DNA from: Armatimonadota bacterium | Lineage (GTDB): Bacteria; Armatimonadota; SYMT01 | Reading direction: 5' to 3' | NCBI GenBank assembly: GCA_041690135.1 | Contig: JAWLHY010000002.1 | Span: 160,001-224,000, forward strand | Length of the DNA: 64,000 nt | Program-made: the position numbers and the translations under genes | Notes under the pieces: generated by a model | What the model was told of the DNA's origin: nothing | The model's database searches: none | What the model saw: only the letters and a program-made list of their open reading frames with translations | Shown: one piece after another, positions 46,736 through 55,666 of the stretch | How positions within the stretch are numbered: the stretch's first letter is position 1 | Layout of the letters: the number at the start of each line of letters is the position of its first letter

Positions 46736-49024
46736 TTAGGCTGGCGGCGTAGGCAGGGTGAAACAGAAGGTAGTACCCAACCCAGGCTCCGATTCAATCC
46801 AGATCTTACCGCCGTGCCGCTCCACGATGCGCCGGGCAATCGTTAGTCCCGCGCCGGTGCCGCCGCCGTAATGCTCCCGACCGTGGAGACGCCGGAACAT
46901 CGTAAACACCGCCTCGCGGTCTTTCTCCGGGATACCGATCCCATTATCGCGCACGTACAGTACCGGAACGGCCTCTCCGGAATCGGGTTCTTCCGAGAGG
47001 GCTTCCCGATAACCGATCTCGATCCACTTCTCCACCTTATCATTGTATTTCATCGCATTGGTGATGAGGTTGGTGTAGAGATCGACTACTCGCACGCGGT
47101 CGCAGCAGAGGGTGGGGAGAGGGCGGGGCAGCCTGACCTCCACCTGCTCCTGTTCCAGGCGCGGGCCGAGCAGCGCGAGAACATCCTTTACCAGTTCGGT
47201 GAGGTCGGTCTCGCCCACCGCTAGCTCGGTCCGCCCCACGCGGGAGTAGTGGAGCAGGGCTTCCATCTGCTGCTCCATCCGGTTGCAGAGCTGCTGGATG
47301 GTGGTTAGCCGTCCCAGCCCTTCCGCATCCAGTTGTTCCTGGTAGTCTTCCAGTAGGAACATAGCATAGTTGCGGATCCCTCGCAGCGGCTCGCGGAGGT
47401 CGTGGGACGCGACGTGGGCGAAGGCGTCCAGTTCCGTGTTGCTGCGGGCCAGTTCGACGTTCAGTTTTTCGAGGTTGCTTTTGGCCTCCGTTTCGGCCTG
47501 GCGCAGGAGGGAATCGACCAGGGCCGCGCGCAGCTCGATCGCCGCCTCCAGCTCTGCCGGATGCCAGGGGCGAGATCGTCCGCGAACCGTCTCCTTCCAG
47601 AGCTCGAATGATTTCCTGGGGTGGATGCGCGGTCCCCCCGGCTCGGTTCGTACCGGCTTGCGGGGGTCGCCGCTCCAGTTGACCACCCGGACCACTTCGG
47701 GACGGAACCAGAGGAGACGGCTGGTGCGGGAGAGGGTGACCGAGAGAAGGCCGCTGGCGGCATCCCGCACGGCCTCGGCTTCCGGCCAGCGGGTGGGAAG
47801 AGCATCCGTGGCAACGGGCTCGTCCACGTGCTGGGTCTCCAGCCATCCGACGAGGCGGCGCACGGCCTCCGCGGGGGGTGTCTCACCCAGCAGGAAGACC
47901 TCTTCTTCCTGGATGAGCGCGGCGCCGGCGGCTCCTACCAGCTTCAGGAGGTCCTCCGTCCCTTCAGACAGGGCCTGGGGCAGCCCGATCTCGGGTGCCA
48001 CCCGCGCGCGCAGGCGGGTAAGAGTGGACCGCAGCTCGAAGCGGTAGTCCAGATCTTCCTGTCGCTCCCGCAGGCTGAACTGCAAGGAGAGCATCTGGCC
48101 GAGGAACTCGCAGGCGCTCCGCACCGCGTAAGGAACGTGCCGCGGCGTGCGGTGATGGAGGGCGATGAGGCCCCAGAGCTTCCCCTCCCGCAGCAGCGAG
48201 ACCGACATGGAGGCACCCACTTCCATGTTCTGCAGGTACTCGATGTGCACGGGGGAGACGCTCCGCAGGACGCTGAAGCTCATATCCAATGGGCAGCCGG
48301 TGAGGGGGTTGAGCGCTGGTTCCAGGCCCACGGGCCGGTAGTCCACGTCCGAGATCAGCCGGATCCAGTTGATCGTGTAGAGCTGACGGGCCTGGGCCGG
48401 AATATCCGAGGCGGGATAATGCAATCCCAGGAACGGCTCCATCTCTTCTGCACGCGCTTCGGCGATCACCTCGCCGTTCCACTCCGGATCGAACTGGTAG
48501 ACCATCACCCGGTCGAAATCGGTGATGCTGCGGACTTCTTCCGCCGCGGCCTGGCAGAGCTCGCGAATAGTGCCTGCGCCCTGGAGACGCGCGAGGGAGC
48601 CGCGGACCCGGTGGTAGAAGTCGGGGAAGGAACTCTCCACTCCTGGATCGGCCGGCTCCAGCTCCAGGATGAGGAGCCCGTCGTGACGGTGGAACAGGGC
48701 GTCGAAGGTTCGGATCCCGCGCTGGAGATGGCAGGTCAGCGACCGCGGACGCGGGGTGCCCCCCGCCGCCTCTCGCAGGTGTGCGCGCACCTGCGCCCCG
48801 GCTGCTTCCCCCAGGATCTCTTCGAGGGGACGCTCCAGCACCGCCGACGGCTCCTGGCCCAGAAGCACTTCGGTGTTGGCGCTCGCGACGCGGCAGAGGA
48901 GGCCCGGCTCTTCCAGGGCCAGCAAGACACCGTGAGGCTGAATGCGACCCGGAATGTGGATCGGCTCCCGGGCGCATTCCTGGAGGTCCGGCTGCGGCTG
49001 CAGCGGGGTCGTGTCGGAGTTCAT
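46736..49024 (-). CDS. bphP: Bacteriophytochrome (PAS-GAF-PHY-histidine kinase)
   Basis: N-terminal biliverdin Cys in CAREPIHIPG.IQPHG; DRVMVYQF; PASDIPAQAR; RSVSPVH..YL.NM; PRKSF; SHDLREPL. Confidence 0.96.
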   Translation of the reverse strand: MNSDTTPLQPQPDLQECAREPIHIPGRIQPHGVLLALEEPGLLCRVASANTEVLLGQEPSAVLERPLEEILGEAAGAQVRAHLREAAGGTPRPRSLTCHLQRGIRTFDALFHRHDGLLILELEPADPGVESSFPDFYHRVRGSLARLQGAGTIRELCQAAAEEVRSITDFDRVMVYQFDPEWNGEVIAEARAEEMEPFLGLHYPASDIPAQARQLYTINWIRLISDVDYRPVGLEPALNPLTGCPLDMSFSVLRSVSPVHIEYLQNMEVGASMSVSLLREGKLWGLIALHHRTPRHVPYAVRSACEFLGQMLSLQFSLRERQEDLDYRFELRSTLTRLRARVAPEIGLPQALSEGTEDLLKLVGAAGAALIQEEEVFLLGETPPAEAVRRLVGWLETQHVDEPVATDALPTRWPEAEAVRDAASGLLSVTLSRTSRLLWFRPEVVRVVNWSGDPRKPVRTEPGGPRIHPRKSFELWKETVRGRSRPWHPAELEAAIELRAALVDSLLRQAETEAKSNLEKLNVELARSNTELDAFAHVASHDLREPLRGIRNYAMFLLEDYQEQLDAEGLGRLTTIQQLCNRMEQQMEALLHYSRVGRTELAVGETDLTELVKDVLALLGPRLEQEQVEVRLPRPLPTLCCDRVRVVDLYTNLITNAMKYNDKVEKWIEIGYREALSEEPDSGEAVPVLYVRDNGIGIPEKDREAVFTMFRRLHGREHYGGGTGAGLTIARRIVERHGGKIWIESEPGLGTTFCFTLPTPPA

Positions 49025-49036
49025 TCGTTCAGTTTT

Positions 49037-49615
49037 CTAGGACATCCAGCGCTCGAACGCCTGGAACGTTTCGCGGGCCGCTTCCACCGTCTCCGTCTCG
49101 GTGGTCGGGGGGACCGAGCGAACCAGCAGGGCGCGGAAAGCGAGCCACATCGCTCCCGTCCGCGCGCCGTACCCGCGGAAGAAGGCGTGGTGCGCGGCGA
49201 TCTCCGGATCCAGGCGAGCGAGATGCCGGGAGATGACCTGCCCACCCAGCGTCGCCCCTTCCAGCACATAGAGACAGCCGAGCGCGCGCGGAAAACTATC
49301 AAGCTGCGGCAGCGCATCACACCCGGCCAATGCGGAGAGCTCGATAGGGGAGAGACCCAGCCCCAGCAAGTCCCGACGAAGGAGGGGGCACTTAAGGCGA
49401 GGCCCCAGCGGAAAGCCGGCCTCCTGCCATTCGCTTAGGGCCGCCAGATGCGCTTCCAAGGGCGCATGGAAACCGTAAAGGCGCTCCAGCAGGCGTCGAT
49501 ACTCCTCCACCGAGAGTCCGGGATCCAGCACCGGCAACAGACGCTCCACCCGCGCATGCTCCTTCCGGGTGGCCTGCTTCAACCGCTCCGGAAACCCTTC
49601 CTGACCTTGCCCCAA
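49037..49615 (-). CDS. bphO: Biliverdin-producing heme oxygenase
   Basis: LK.AT...H...E, LYVLEGATLGG; directly upstream of bphP. Confidence 0.92.
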   Translation of the reverse strand: MGQGQEGFPERLKQATRKEHARVERLLPVLDPGLSVEEYRRLLERLYGFHAPLEAHLAALSEWQEAGFPLGPRLKCPLLRRDLLGLGLSPIELSALAGCDALPQLDSFPRALGCLYVLEGATLGGQVISRHLARLDPEIAAHHAFFRGYGARTGAMWLAFRALLVRSVPPTTETETVEAARETFQAFERWMS

Positions 49616-49760
49616 CCTCTCACATCTCCCTGGAATAGCCGGGTACTCCTCGCCTGCTGCCGTGCCCCACCAAAAGTATGACCGCAGATCACCCAGGATT
49701 ACACCTCAAGACTGTGATGCGTTACGTCCGCGCTCCATGCGCCCAACGTCCCATACAGCG

Positions 49761-49769
49761 TGCTACAAT
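49761..49769 (+). promoter_or_regulatory. Extended -10 box (probable leaderless promoter)
   Basis: TGCTACAAT ends 6 nt before ATG 49776; no SD sequence. Confidence 0.5.
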
Positions 49770-49775
49770 GCAGAG

Positions 49776-50216
49776 ATGCAACGGACGGCCCTGATCACCT
49801 GTGAGTTCAACTTCGAAGCCAGCCACCAGCTCCGCCGCGACGATTGGTCCGACGCGGAGAACGAGGCGGTCTTCGGCAACTGCGCGCGCCTGCACGGCCA
49901 CAGCTACCGGCTGCTGGTGACCCTGCGCGGACCGATCGATCCCGATACCGGAATGGTGAGCAATTTTCGGGACGTGAAGCGGGCGGTGCGGGAGCGGGTG
50001 ATCTTGCGGTTGGACCACCAGCACCTGGACGGCGTGGTGGGTGGACTGACCACGGCCGAGAACCTTTGCTACTGGATCGGCGCCCAGCTCTTGCCGGAGT
50101 TCGGTATTCGTCTCCACCGGATCGAGCTCTGGGAGACGCGGTCTGCCTCGGCCGTGCTCACGGAAGTGGAGTTGGCCGAGCTGGACCGCTCGCTGCCCCA
50201 CGTCCGGATGGCGTAA
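49776..50216 (+). CDS. queD: 6-carboxytetrahydropterin / 6-pyruvoyl-tetrahydropterin synthase family
   Basis: FEASH.L, C..LHGHSY, LDH, TAEN, WET. Confidence 0.75.
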   Translation: MQRTALITCEFNFEASHQLRRDDWSDAENEAVFGNCARLHGHSYRLLVTLRGPIDPDTGMVSNFRDVKRAVRERVILRLDHQHLDGVVGGLTTAENLCYWIGAQLLPEFGIRLHRIELWETRSASAVLTEVELAELDRSLPHVRMA

Positions 50217-50439
50217 GCCCCAGGATCAGCCGGGAGAGGGCTTGCTGTTTCGGAACCGGGAAGATCGAAACTTTGATGCCGCGGGCGTGGAGGCGATTCG
50301 CCCTCCCATCACTAACCTAGGAGAGTGCTCGGGAAGCTTCTCCGGTTTACCTGGCCGGTTAACGGCCTGCCAACCGGAAGAATGCATGCCCTGGCGAGCT
50401 GCGAGCATTACGAATTGCCCGTCGGAGAGCGGCAGAACG

Positions 50440-50823
50440 ATGAGTAAGTGTGTCCTGGTTGTAGACGACCAGCCCCATATTGTGCGGTTGATACAGGTCA
50501 ACCTGGAGAAGGAAGGATTCCAGGTCGCGACCGCCGGAGATGGTGTGGAAGGCCTGCGCAAGGCTCGCGAAATCCGGCCCGACCTGGTGATCCTCGATGT
50601 GATCATGCCGCGGAAGGATGGGTTCGAGGTGCTGCGGGAGCTCAAGTCCGACCGCGAGTTGGCGGACGTGCCGGTCATTATGTTGACCGTAAAGACCCAC
50701 AACGCCGATATCGTCGAGGGTTTGAAGGAAGGCGCCGAGCTGTATCTTCCCAAACCCTTCCATCCCAAAGAGCTGGTAGCCCTGGTGAAGCGGGTGCTGG
50801 AAACCGGCCTACCTTTCGAGTAG
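50440..50823 (+). CDS. Single-domain response regulator
   Basis: LVVDD, LD.IMP..DG, MLT, KPF. Confidence 0.92.
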   Translation: MSKCVLVVDDQPHIVRLIQVNLEKEGFQVATAGDGVEGLRKAREIRPDLVILDVIMPRKDGFEVLRELKSDRELADVPVIMLTVKTHNADIVEGLKEGAELYLPKPFHPKELVALVKRVLETGLPFE

Positions 50824-50831
50824 TAGAGGGA

Positions 50832-51782
50832 ATGATGATGAACCAAGCACGATGGCTGGCCGCCGGCCTGGGCGTGTTGTTGGCGACCACGATCGCTCAC
50901 CCCGCCTCCGCCGCCCGCAAGCTGAACAAACCTCCGAAGGGCTTCAAAGCCCTGTTCAACGGCAAGGACCTCACCAACTGGAAGGGGCTCATCGAGCTGC
51001 CCCAGCGGAAGAAGCTGAACGCCGAGCAGATGGTCCAGGCCCAGGCGAAAGCCGATGAGCTGATGCGGGCGCACTGGTCGGTGCAGGACGGCATCCTCAT
51101 CTATGACGGCAAGGGCCAGAGCCTGCAGACGATCAAGGACTACGGCGACTTCGAGCTGTACGTGGACTGGAAGATCCAGGCCAAGGGGGACAGCGGCATC
51201 TACCTCCGCGGCAATCCGCAGGTGCAGATCTGGGAGGACCCGGTCGGCTCGGGAGGGCTCTTCAACAACAAGCAGAACCCCAGCAAGCCGCTAATGGTGG
51301 CCGACCACCCGGTGGGCCAGTGGAACACCTTCTACATCAAGATGGTGGGTGATCGGGTTACCATCAAGCTGAACGACAAGCTGGTGGTGGACAACACTCC
51401 CCTGGAGAACTACTGGGAGCGCGGCAAGCCGCTGCCGGCGACCGGCCCGATCGAGCTTCAGCACCACGGCAACCGCCTGGAGTTCCGGAACATCTTCGTC
51501 CGCGAGTTGCCCGACCCTTCCGTCGCCGCCGCGAGCGCGGTCTCCATGGAGCTGATCGAGACCCCGCTGGCCGAGGCGCTGCGGCGTGCCGGCGCGAAGG
51601 GCGGCGTGACGGTGGTGGTGGATGACCCGAACGGCCTCCTGACCGGACGCCGTGTCGGCTACCTCAAGCTGGACGGCGCCTCGGCGGAGGATGCAGTGGG
51701 CCAGATCGCCGGGGCCGCGGGAGCCCACGTTTACCAGGACAACCTGGGTGTTTACCACGTCACCGCCCGGCGCGTGAAGTAA
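50832..51782 (+). CDS. Secreted DUF1080 (3-keto-disaccharide hydrolase-like) protein with C-terminal STN-like domain
   Basis: LFNGKDL..W, GDSGIYLRG, GQWN, IELQ.HG...FRNI. Confidence 0.85.
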   Translation: MMMNQARWLAAGLGVLLATTIAHPASAARKLNKPPKGFKALFNGKDLTNWKGLIELPQRKKLNAEQMVQAQAKADELMRAHWSVQDGILIYDGKGQSLQTIKDYGDFELYVDWKIQAKGDSGIYLRGNPQVQIWEDPVGSGGLFNNKQNPSKPLMVADHPVGQWNTFYIKMVGDRVTIKLNDKLVVDNTPLENYWERGKPLPATGPIELQHHGNRLEFRNIFVRELPDPSVAAASAVSMELIETPLAEALRRAGAKGGVTVVVDDPNGLLTGRRVGYLKLDGASAEDAVGQIAGAAGAHVYQDNLGVYHVTARRVK

Positions 51783-51807
51783 GGCAGATCCTGGTCCATA
51801 AAAAGAT

Positions 51808-51836
51808 AACGGCCGCTCCACCTCGGAGCGGCCGTT
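51808..51836. terminator. Hairpin between the DUF1080 gene and the tRNA
   Basis: AACGGCCGCTCC-ACCTC-GGAGCGGCCGTT. Confidence 0.7.
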
Positions 51837-51845
51837 TCTCATGGT

Positions 51846-51916
51846 CTCCCGGACAAGGATTCGAACCTCGATTCACGGCTCCAAAGGCCGCTGTCCTACC
51901 ATTAGACGATCCGGGA
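51846..51916 (-). tRNA. tRNA-Gln (anticodon TTG)
   Basis: TCCCGGA acceptor stem, D-arm GTCTAATGGTAGGAC, anticodon loop CTTTGGA, T-arm CGAGGTTCGAATCCTTG. Confidence 0.95.
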
Positions 51917-52016
51917 CCGCCGGAGCCCGTAAGCCCCGTGCCCAACCAGTATACCTGCCGGCCCGTCTCCACGCAAGTCCGCACCGGCAATTGATCCATT
52001 CTGGTAGACACCATCA

Positions 52017-52053
52017 AACATAGCTGGGCGATCCATCATCGCCCAGCTATGTT
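52017..52053 (-). terminator. Hairpin terminator after the DUF892 gene
   Basis: AACATAGCTGGGCGAT-CCATC-ATCGCCCAGCTATGTT. Confidence 0.75.
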
Positions 52054-52103
52054 CAGACGCCCCAGGGGGTGTTCCCACCGCCTGGATAGATCCTACGTCG
52101 GGC

Positions 52104-52610
52104 TTACGCCGCCTGCTTCACCGCCTCCAGGTTGATGTGGCTCTCGGCGATGCGGCTCAGCTTATGGTCGGTGTTGCCTTCCTCTTCCAGGGTCTGCTGG
52201 AGCAGGTTGGCGACTTGAGAATGGCCGAGCTGGCGAGCCCAGGTGCGCGCCGTGCCGTAGCCCGCGATTTCGTAGTGCTCCACCTTCTGGGCCGCACCAA
52301 TGAGACCCGCGTCGATCACTTCCGGGTCGCCGCCCTTCTTCATGATCTCCTGGCCTTCTTTAATGATGCCCTGCACGCCCGGGCAGCTCTTGCGGTCGGC
52401 CTTCTCGCCCATCAACTGGAACACCTGCTCCAGGCGACTCACCTGGTTCTTCGTCTCTTCCAGGTGCATCTTGAACGCCTGCTTGAGGTCGGGCGAGTGC
52501 GCGGCATCGGCCATTTTCGGCAGCGCATCGATGATATGGTGCTCGGCGTCGTAGAGGTCCTTCAGTTCGTGAATCAGCAGTTCCTGAAGATTATCTTTCT
52601 TATCGAACAT
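52104..52610 (-). CDS. YciE/YciF ferritin-like protein (DUF892)
   Basis: LKDLYDAE, HLEET..Q..RL, AQKVEHYEIA.YGT, TL.EE...D. Confidence 0.93.
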   Translation of the reverse strand: MFDKKDNLQELLIHELKDLYDAEHHIIDALPKMADAAHSPDLKQAFKMHLEETKNQVSRLEQVFQLMGEKADRKSCPGVQGIIKEGQEIMKKGGDPEVIDAGLIGAAQKVEHYEIAGYGTARTWARQLGHSQVANLLQQTLEEEGNTDHKLSRIAESHINLEAVKQAA

Positions 52611-52742
52611 ACGCTGGTCTCCTTTCCCTTCCGAACGTGCCGTCGCGGAGGACGGCGCGCCCGGACGGTTCTTTCCCGACCCGCGGTCGGAGGAAACCAG
52701 CCGGTCTCCACGAACGGGCGATCTCTCTCGCCCCACCTCAAG

Positions 52743-53303
52743 CTACCGAACCCCGCCGATCGCCACGATGAACTCGCCCTCGTCGGTGAGGCGCAGTCCC
52801 ACGTTCCCGGCGTAGCGGATGCGTCCGGTGCGCCCGACGATCGGCACGGCGGCCACGTCGCTGCGCAGGCCGTCGGAGTAGGCGGCCCCGTTGATCGTGA
52901 GCGCCCCGATGTTGCTGAAGCGCATGGTCAGGTTCACAAAGTAGGTCGGGTCGCTGCTGTCGATGACCGTACCCTCCCAGGTCCCGACCACGCGGTTGCT
53001 ACTGTCGACCAGCGATCCGTTGCCGATGAAGATGTCGCCGCGCGAGAACTCACCATCCAGATCGACATCCACCAGGGAAGCATCCCCATCCAGCGCCAGC
53101 GTGTAGTAGGGGCCCCGCACCGACTGCGCCTGCACTCGCGAGGCCTGCGGTCCCGCTCCCTGGCTTTGCATCGCCAGCCCGCGCAGGGCCGCCTTGGCCT
53201 TGAACCCGTTCAACTTGCGTGCGGCCTGGGCCCGCAGCGGACCGTAAGTGGCGCCGACCAGGACCGTCGCCACGGCCAGGCCCGCGTAAAAGGATCGTGA
53301 CAT
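52743..53303 (-). CDS. Secreted dirigent/allene-oxide-cyclase-like barrel protein
   Basis: Signal peptide; D.D.DG.FS.GD.F...L....VG...G; IVGRTG...AG. Confidence 0.5.
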   Translation of the reverse strand: MSRSFYAGLAVATVLVGATYGPLRAQAARKLNGFKAKAALRGLAMQSQGAGPQASRVQAQSVRGPYYTLALDGDASLVDVDLDGEFSRGDIFIGNGSLVDSSNRVVGTWEGTVIDSSDPTYFVNLTMRFSNIGALTINGAAYSDGLRSDVAAVPIVGRTGRIRYAGNVGLRLTDEGEFIVAIGGVR

Positions 53304-53496
53304 CGTTCGGTTCTCCCTCGTTGGATGGTTCTTGCGCCGGGTAACCTGGGGGACAGGGGAAAGTTGCGGAGGCGCTGTACCGGCAAGCGCCCCTCGCACA
53401 GGGGACCCCCACCGGTGAAAGCCGGTTCCCTCTAGTTTACGGAGCCGCGGAAAACTTGTACCGCGGGCCTGCGAAAAACGCTACAATTGATGCGCT

Positions 53497-54003
53497 ATGC
53501 GTAAGTTTGGAGCCATCGCGCTCAGCTGGTTACACCAGGTCGCGTTCGCGGTCTGGCTGGGAGGCCTGGCGGCCCTGGGGGCCATCGGCGCGCCCGCGGT
53601 GTTCCGGACCGCCAAGAACATGGGGCACCGCGAGTGGGGCGCCCCGATGTACAATTTCGCGGGGGATGCCGTCGGCGAGATCTTCCGGCGGTTCAATTAC
53701 GTCGCCCTCGTTGCGGGGTTGATCGTGCTGGTGGCGGGATTGGGATACGGACTCCTCGTCGGTATGAACCGGAAAGGGTTAATGGTCCGCGCCCTGCTGA
53801 CCGCCGCCGGTATCGGCATCACCGCCTGGCTCACCTTCGGGCTCTACCCGGAGATGCTGACCCTCCGCGCGCAGGAGCGCATGCCCGAGTTCGACCGCCT
53901 GCACGTGACGTATGGTCTCGGCTTCCGGATCGAGGCATATCTCCTGCTCGGCATCGCGGCCCTCACTGCCTGGCTCCACCTCGACAGGATAAAGAGCCAG
54001 TAG
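53497..54003 (+). CDS. DUF4149/TMEM205-like membrane protein
   Basis: 4 TM; WLGG....APAVF, AG...G.IF, F.RLH. Confidence 0.8.
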   Translation: MRKFGAIALSWLHQVAFAVWLGGLAALGAIGAPAVFRTAKNMGHREWGAPMYNFAGDAVGEIFRRFNYVALVAGLIVLVAGLGYGLLVGMNRKGLMVRALLTAAGIGITAWLTFGLYPEMLTLRAQERMPEFDRLHVTYGLGFRIEAYLLLGIAALTAWLHLDRIKSQ

Positions 54004-54197
54004 AGGATAAGGATAAGGACGGCAGGCGGATAAGGATAATGATAAGGAAGCCCGTCTCTACCAGGCGGGGCCAACTCACCTTATCCGTTCGATCCGGCCC
54101 ATCCGTCTGAATGCTTGCTTTTGGAGACGGCGAGTAACCCGCAGAAACTCACGAACCCAGCCGGTTCGAGTTACGCATTACGCAACACACAATACGC

Positions 54198-55661
54198 ATG
54201 CACATCGGAACACCTGCCATCGAGCGGCCGCCGGTAGACGCCGCTTTCATCGAGGAACTGCGGCGCATCTGCGGTTCGGACGCGGTGCTCGCCGGGCGCG
54301 ACGAGACGCTGGTCTATGACTGCGACGCGTTCGTGATCCAGAAGCAGTATCCGGACGTGGTGGTGCTGCCCGGCACCACGGAGCAGGTGTCCCGCATCGT
54401 GCGCCTCTGCTCCGAACGCGGGATCCCATTTGTCGGGCGCGGCGCCGGAACCGGCCTGGCCGGCGGAGCGCTGCCGCTCCAGGGTGGGGTGATCATCGCC
54501 CTGACCCGGATGAAACAGATCCTGGAAGTGGACTACCGCAACCGGCGCATCCGCGCGCAGGCGGGAGTGGTCAACCTGAACCTCACCCGCGCGGTGACGT
54601 CCGACGGCTACCACTACGCGCCGGACCCCAGCAGCCAGATGGCCTGCACCATCGGCGGCAACGTGGCCAACAACTCCGGCGGTCCGCACACGCTCAAGTA
54701 CGGGGTCACCGTGAACCACGTCCTCGGCGTTACGCTGGTGTTGCCGGACGGCGAAGTCGTGGAACTGGGCGGTATGGAAGAAGAGCACCCCGGCTACGAC
54801 CTCACCGGGATCGTGGTCGGCTCCGAAGGCACCTTCGGGATCGTCACCGAAGTGGTGGCACGCCTGGTCCGCAACCCCCCCGCGATCCGCACGCTCCTCG
54901 CCGTGTTCAATACCGTTGAAGACGCCACCAACACGGTTTCCGGCATCATCGCCGCGGGGATCGTCCCGGCCGCCCTGGAGATGATGGACAAGCTCATCCT
55001 GGAAGCAGTGGAAGCCGCCTTCAAGTTCGGCTTCCCCACGGACGCGGGCGCCTGTCTCATCATCGAGTTGGATGGCCTGGAAGCGGGGATCGACCAGCAG
55101 GTGGAGCGGGTGAAGGAGATCTGTAACCGCAACGCCGCGCGGGAGATCCGGACCGCCCGCCCCGGCCCGGAACGGGATGCGCTCTGGAAGGCGCGGAAAC
55201 GTGCGTTCGGGGCCTGCGGTCGCCTGGCGCCCAGCAACGTGACCCAGGACGGCGTGATCCCCCGGACCAAGTTGCCGCAGATGCTCGGAGCCATCGATGA
55301 GATCGTGGGTCGTCACGGCCTCCGCTGCGCCAACGTTTTCCACGCCGGGGACGGCAACCTCCATCCGCTTATCCTGTTCGATGAGAAAGAGCCGGAGCAG
55401 GTGCGGCACATGCTGGAAGCGAGCGAGGAGATCCTGCGCATGTGCGTCTCGCTCGGCGGCAGCATCACCGGGGAGCACGGCATCGGAATCGAGAAGAGCG
55501 GCTTTATCACCTGCCAGTTCAGCGAGAAGGACCTGGAAGTGATGGGGCAGCTCAAGGCCGTTTTCGATCCCCATGGGCTGTGCAATCCCGGCAAGATGTT
55601 CCCCACGGGCCACGGCTGTATGGAAGTCACCATGAAGAAACGCCGCTCCGTAGCGCTCTGA
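54198..55661 (+). CDS. glcD: Glycolate oxidase subunit GlcD-like FAD-linked oxidase
   Basis: RGAGTGL.GG, PDPSS...CTIGGNVA.NSGG.H.LKYG, HAGDGNLHP, GEHGIG. Confidence 0.88.
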   Translation: MHIGTPAIERPPVDAAFIEELRRICGSDAVLAGRDETLVYDCDAFVIQKQYPDVVVLPGTTEQVSRIVRLCSERGIPFVGRGAGTGLAGGALPLQGGVIIALTRMKQILEVDYRNRRIRAQAGVVNLNLTRAVTSDGYHYAPDPSSQMACTIGGNVANNSGGPHTLKYGVTVNHVLGVTLVLPDGEVVELGGMEEEHPGYDLTGIVVGSEGTFGIVTEVVARLVRNPPAIRTLLAVFNTVEDATNTVSGIIAAGIVPAALEMMDKLILEAVEAAFKFGFPTDAGACLIIELDGLEAGIDQQVERVKEICNRNAAREIRTARPGPERDALWKARKRAFGACGRLAPSNVTQDGVIPRTKLPQMLGAIDEIVGRHGLRCANVFHAGDGNLHPLILFDEKEPEQVRHMLEASEEILRMCVSLGGSITGEHGIGIEKSGFITCQFSEKDLEVMGQLKAVFDPHGLCNPGKMFPTGHGCMEVTMKKRRSVAL

Positions 55662-55666
55662 ATTCC

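Noticed and set aside
51842-52100. tRNA-anchored genomic island
   Set aside because: No integrase and no duplicate of the tRNA 3' end seen in the window.
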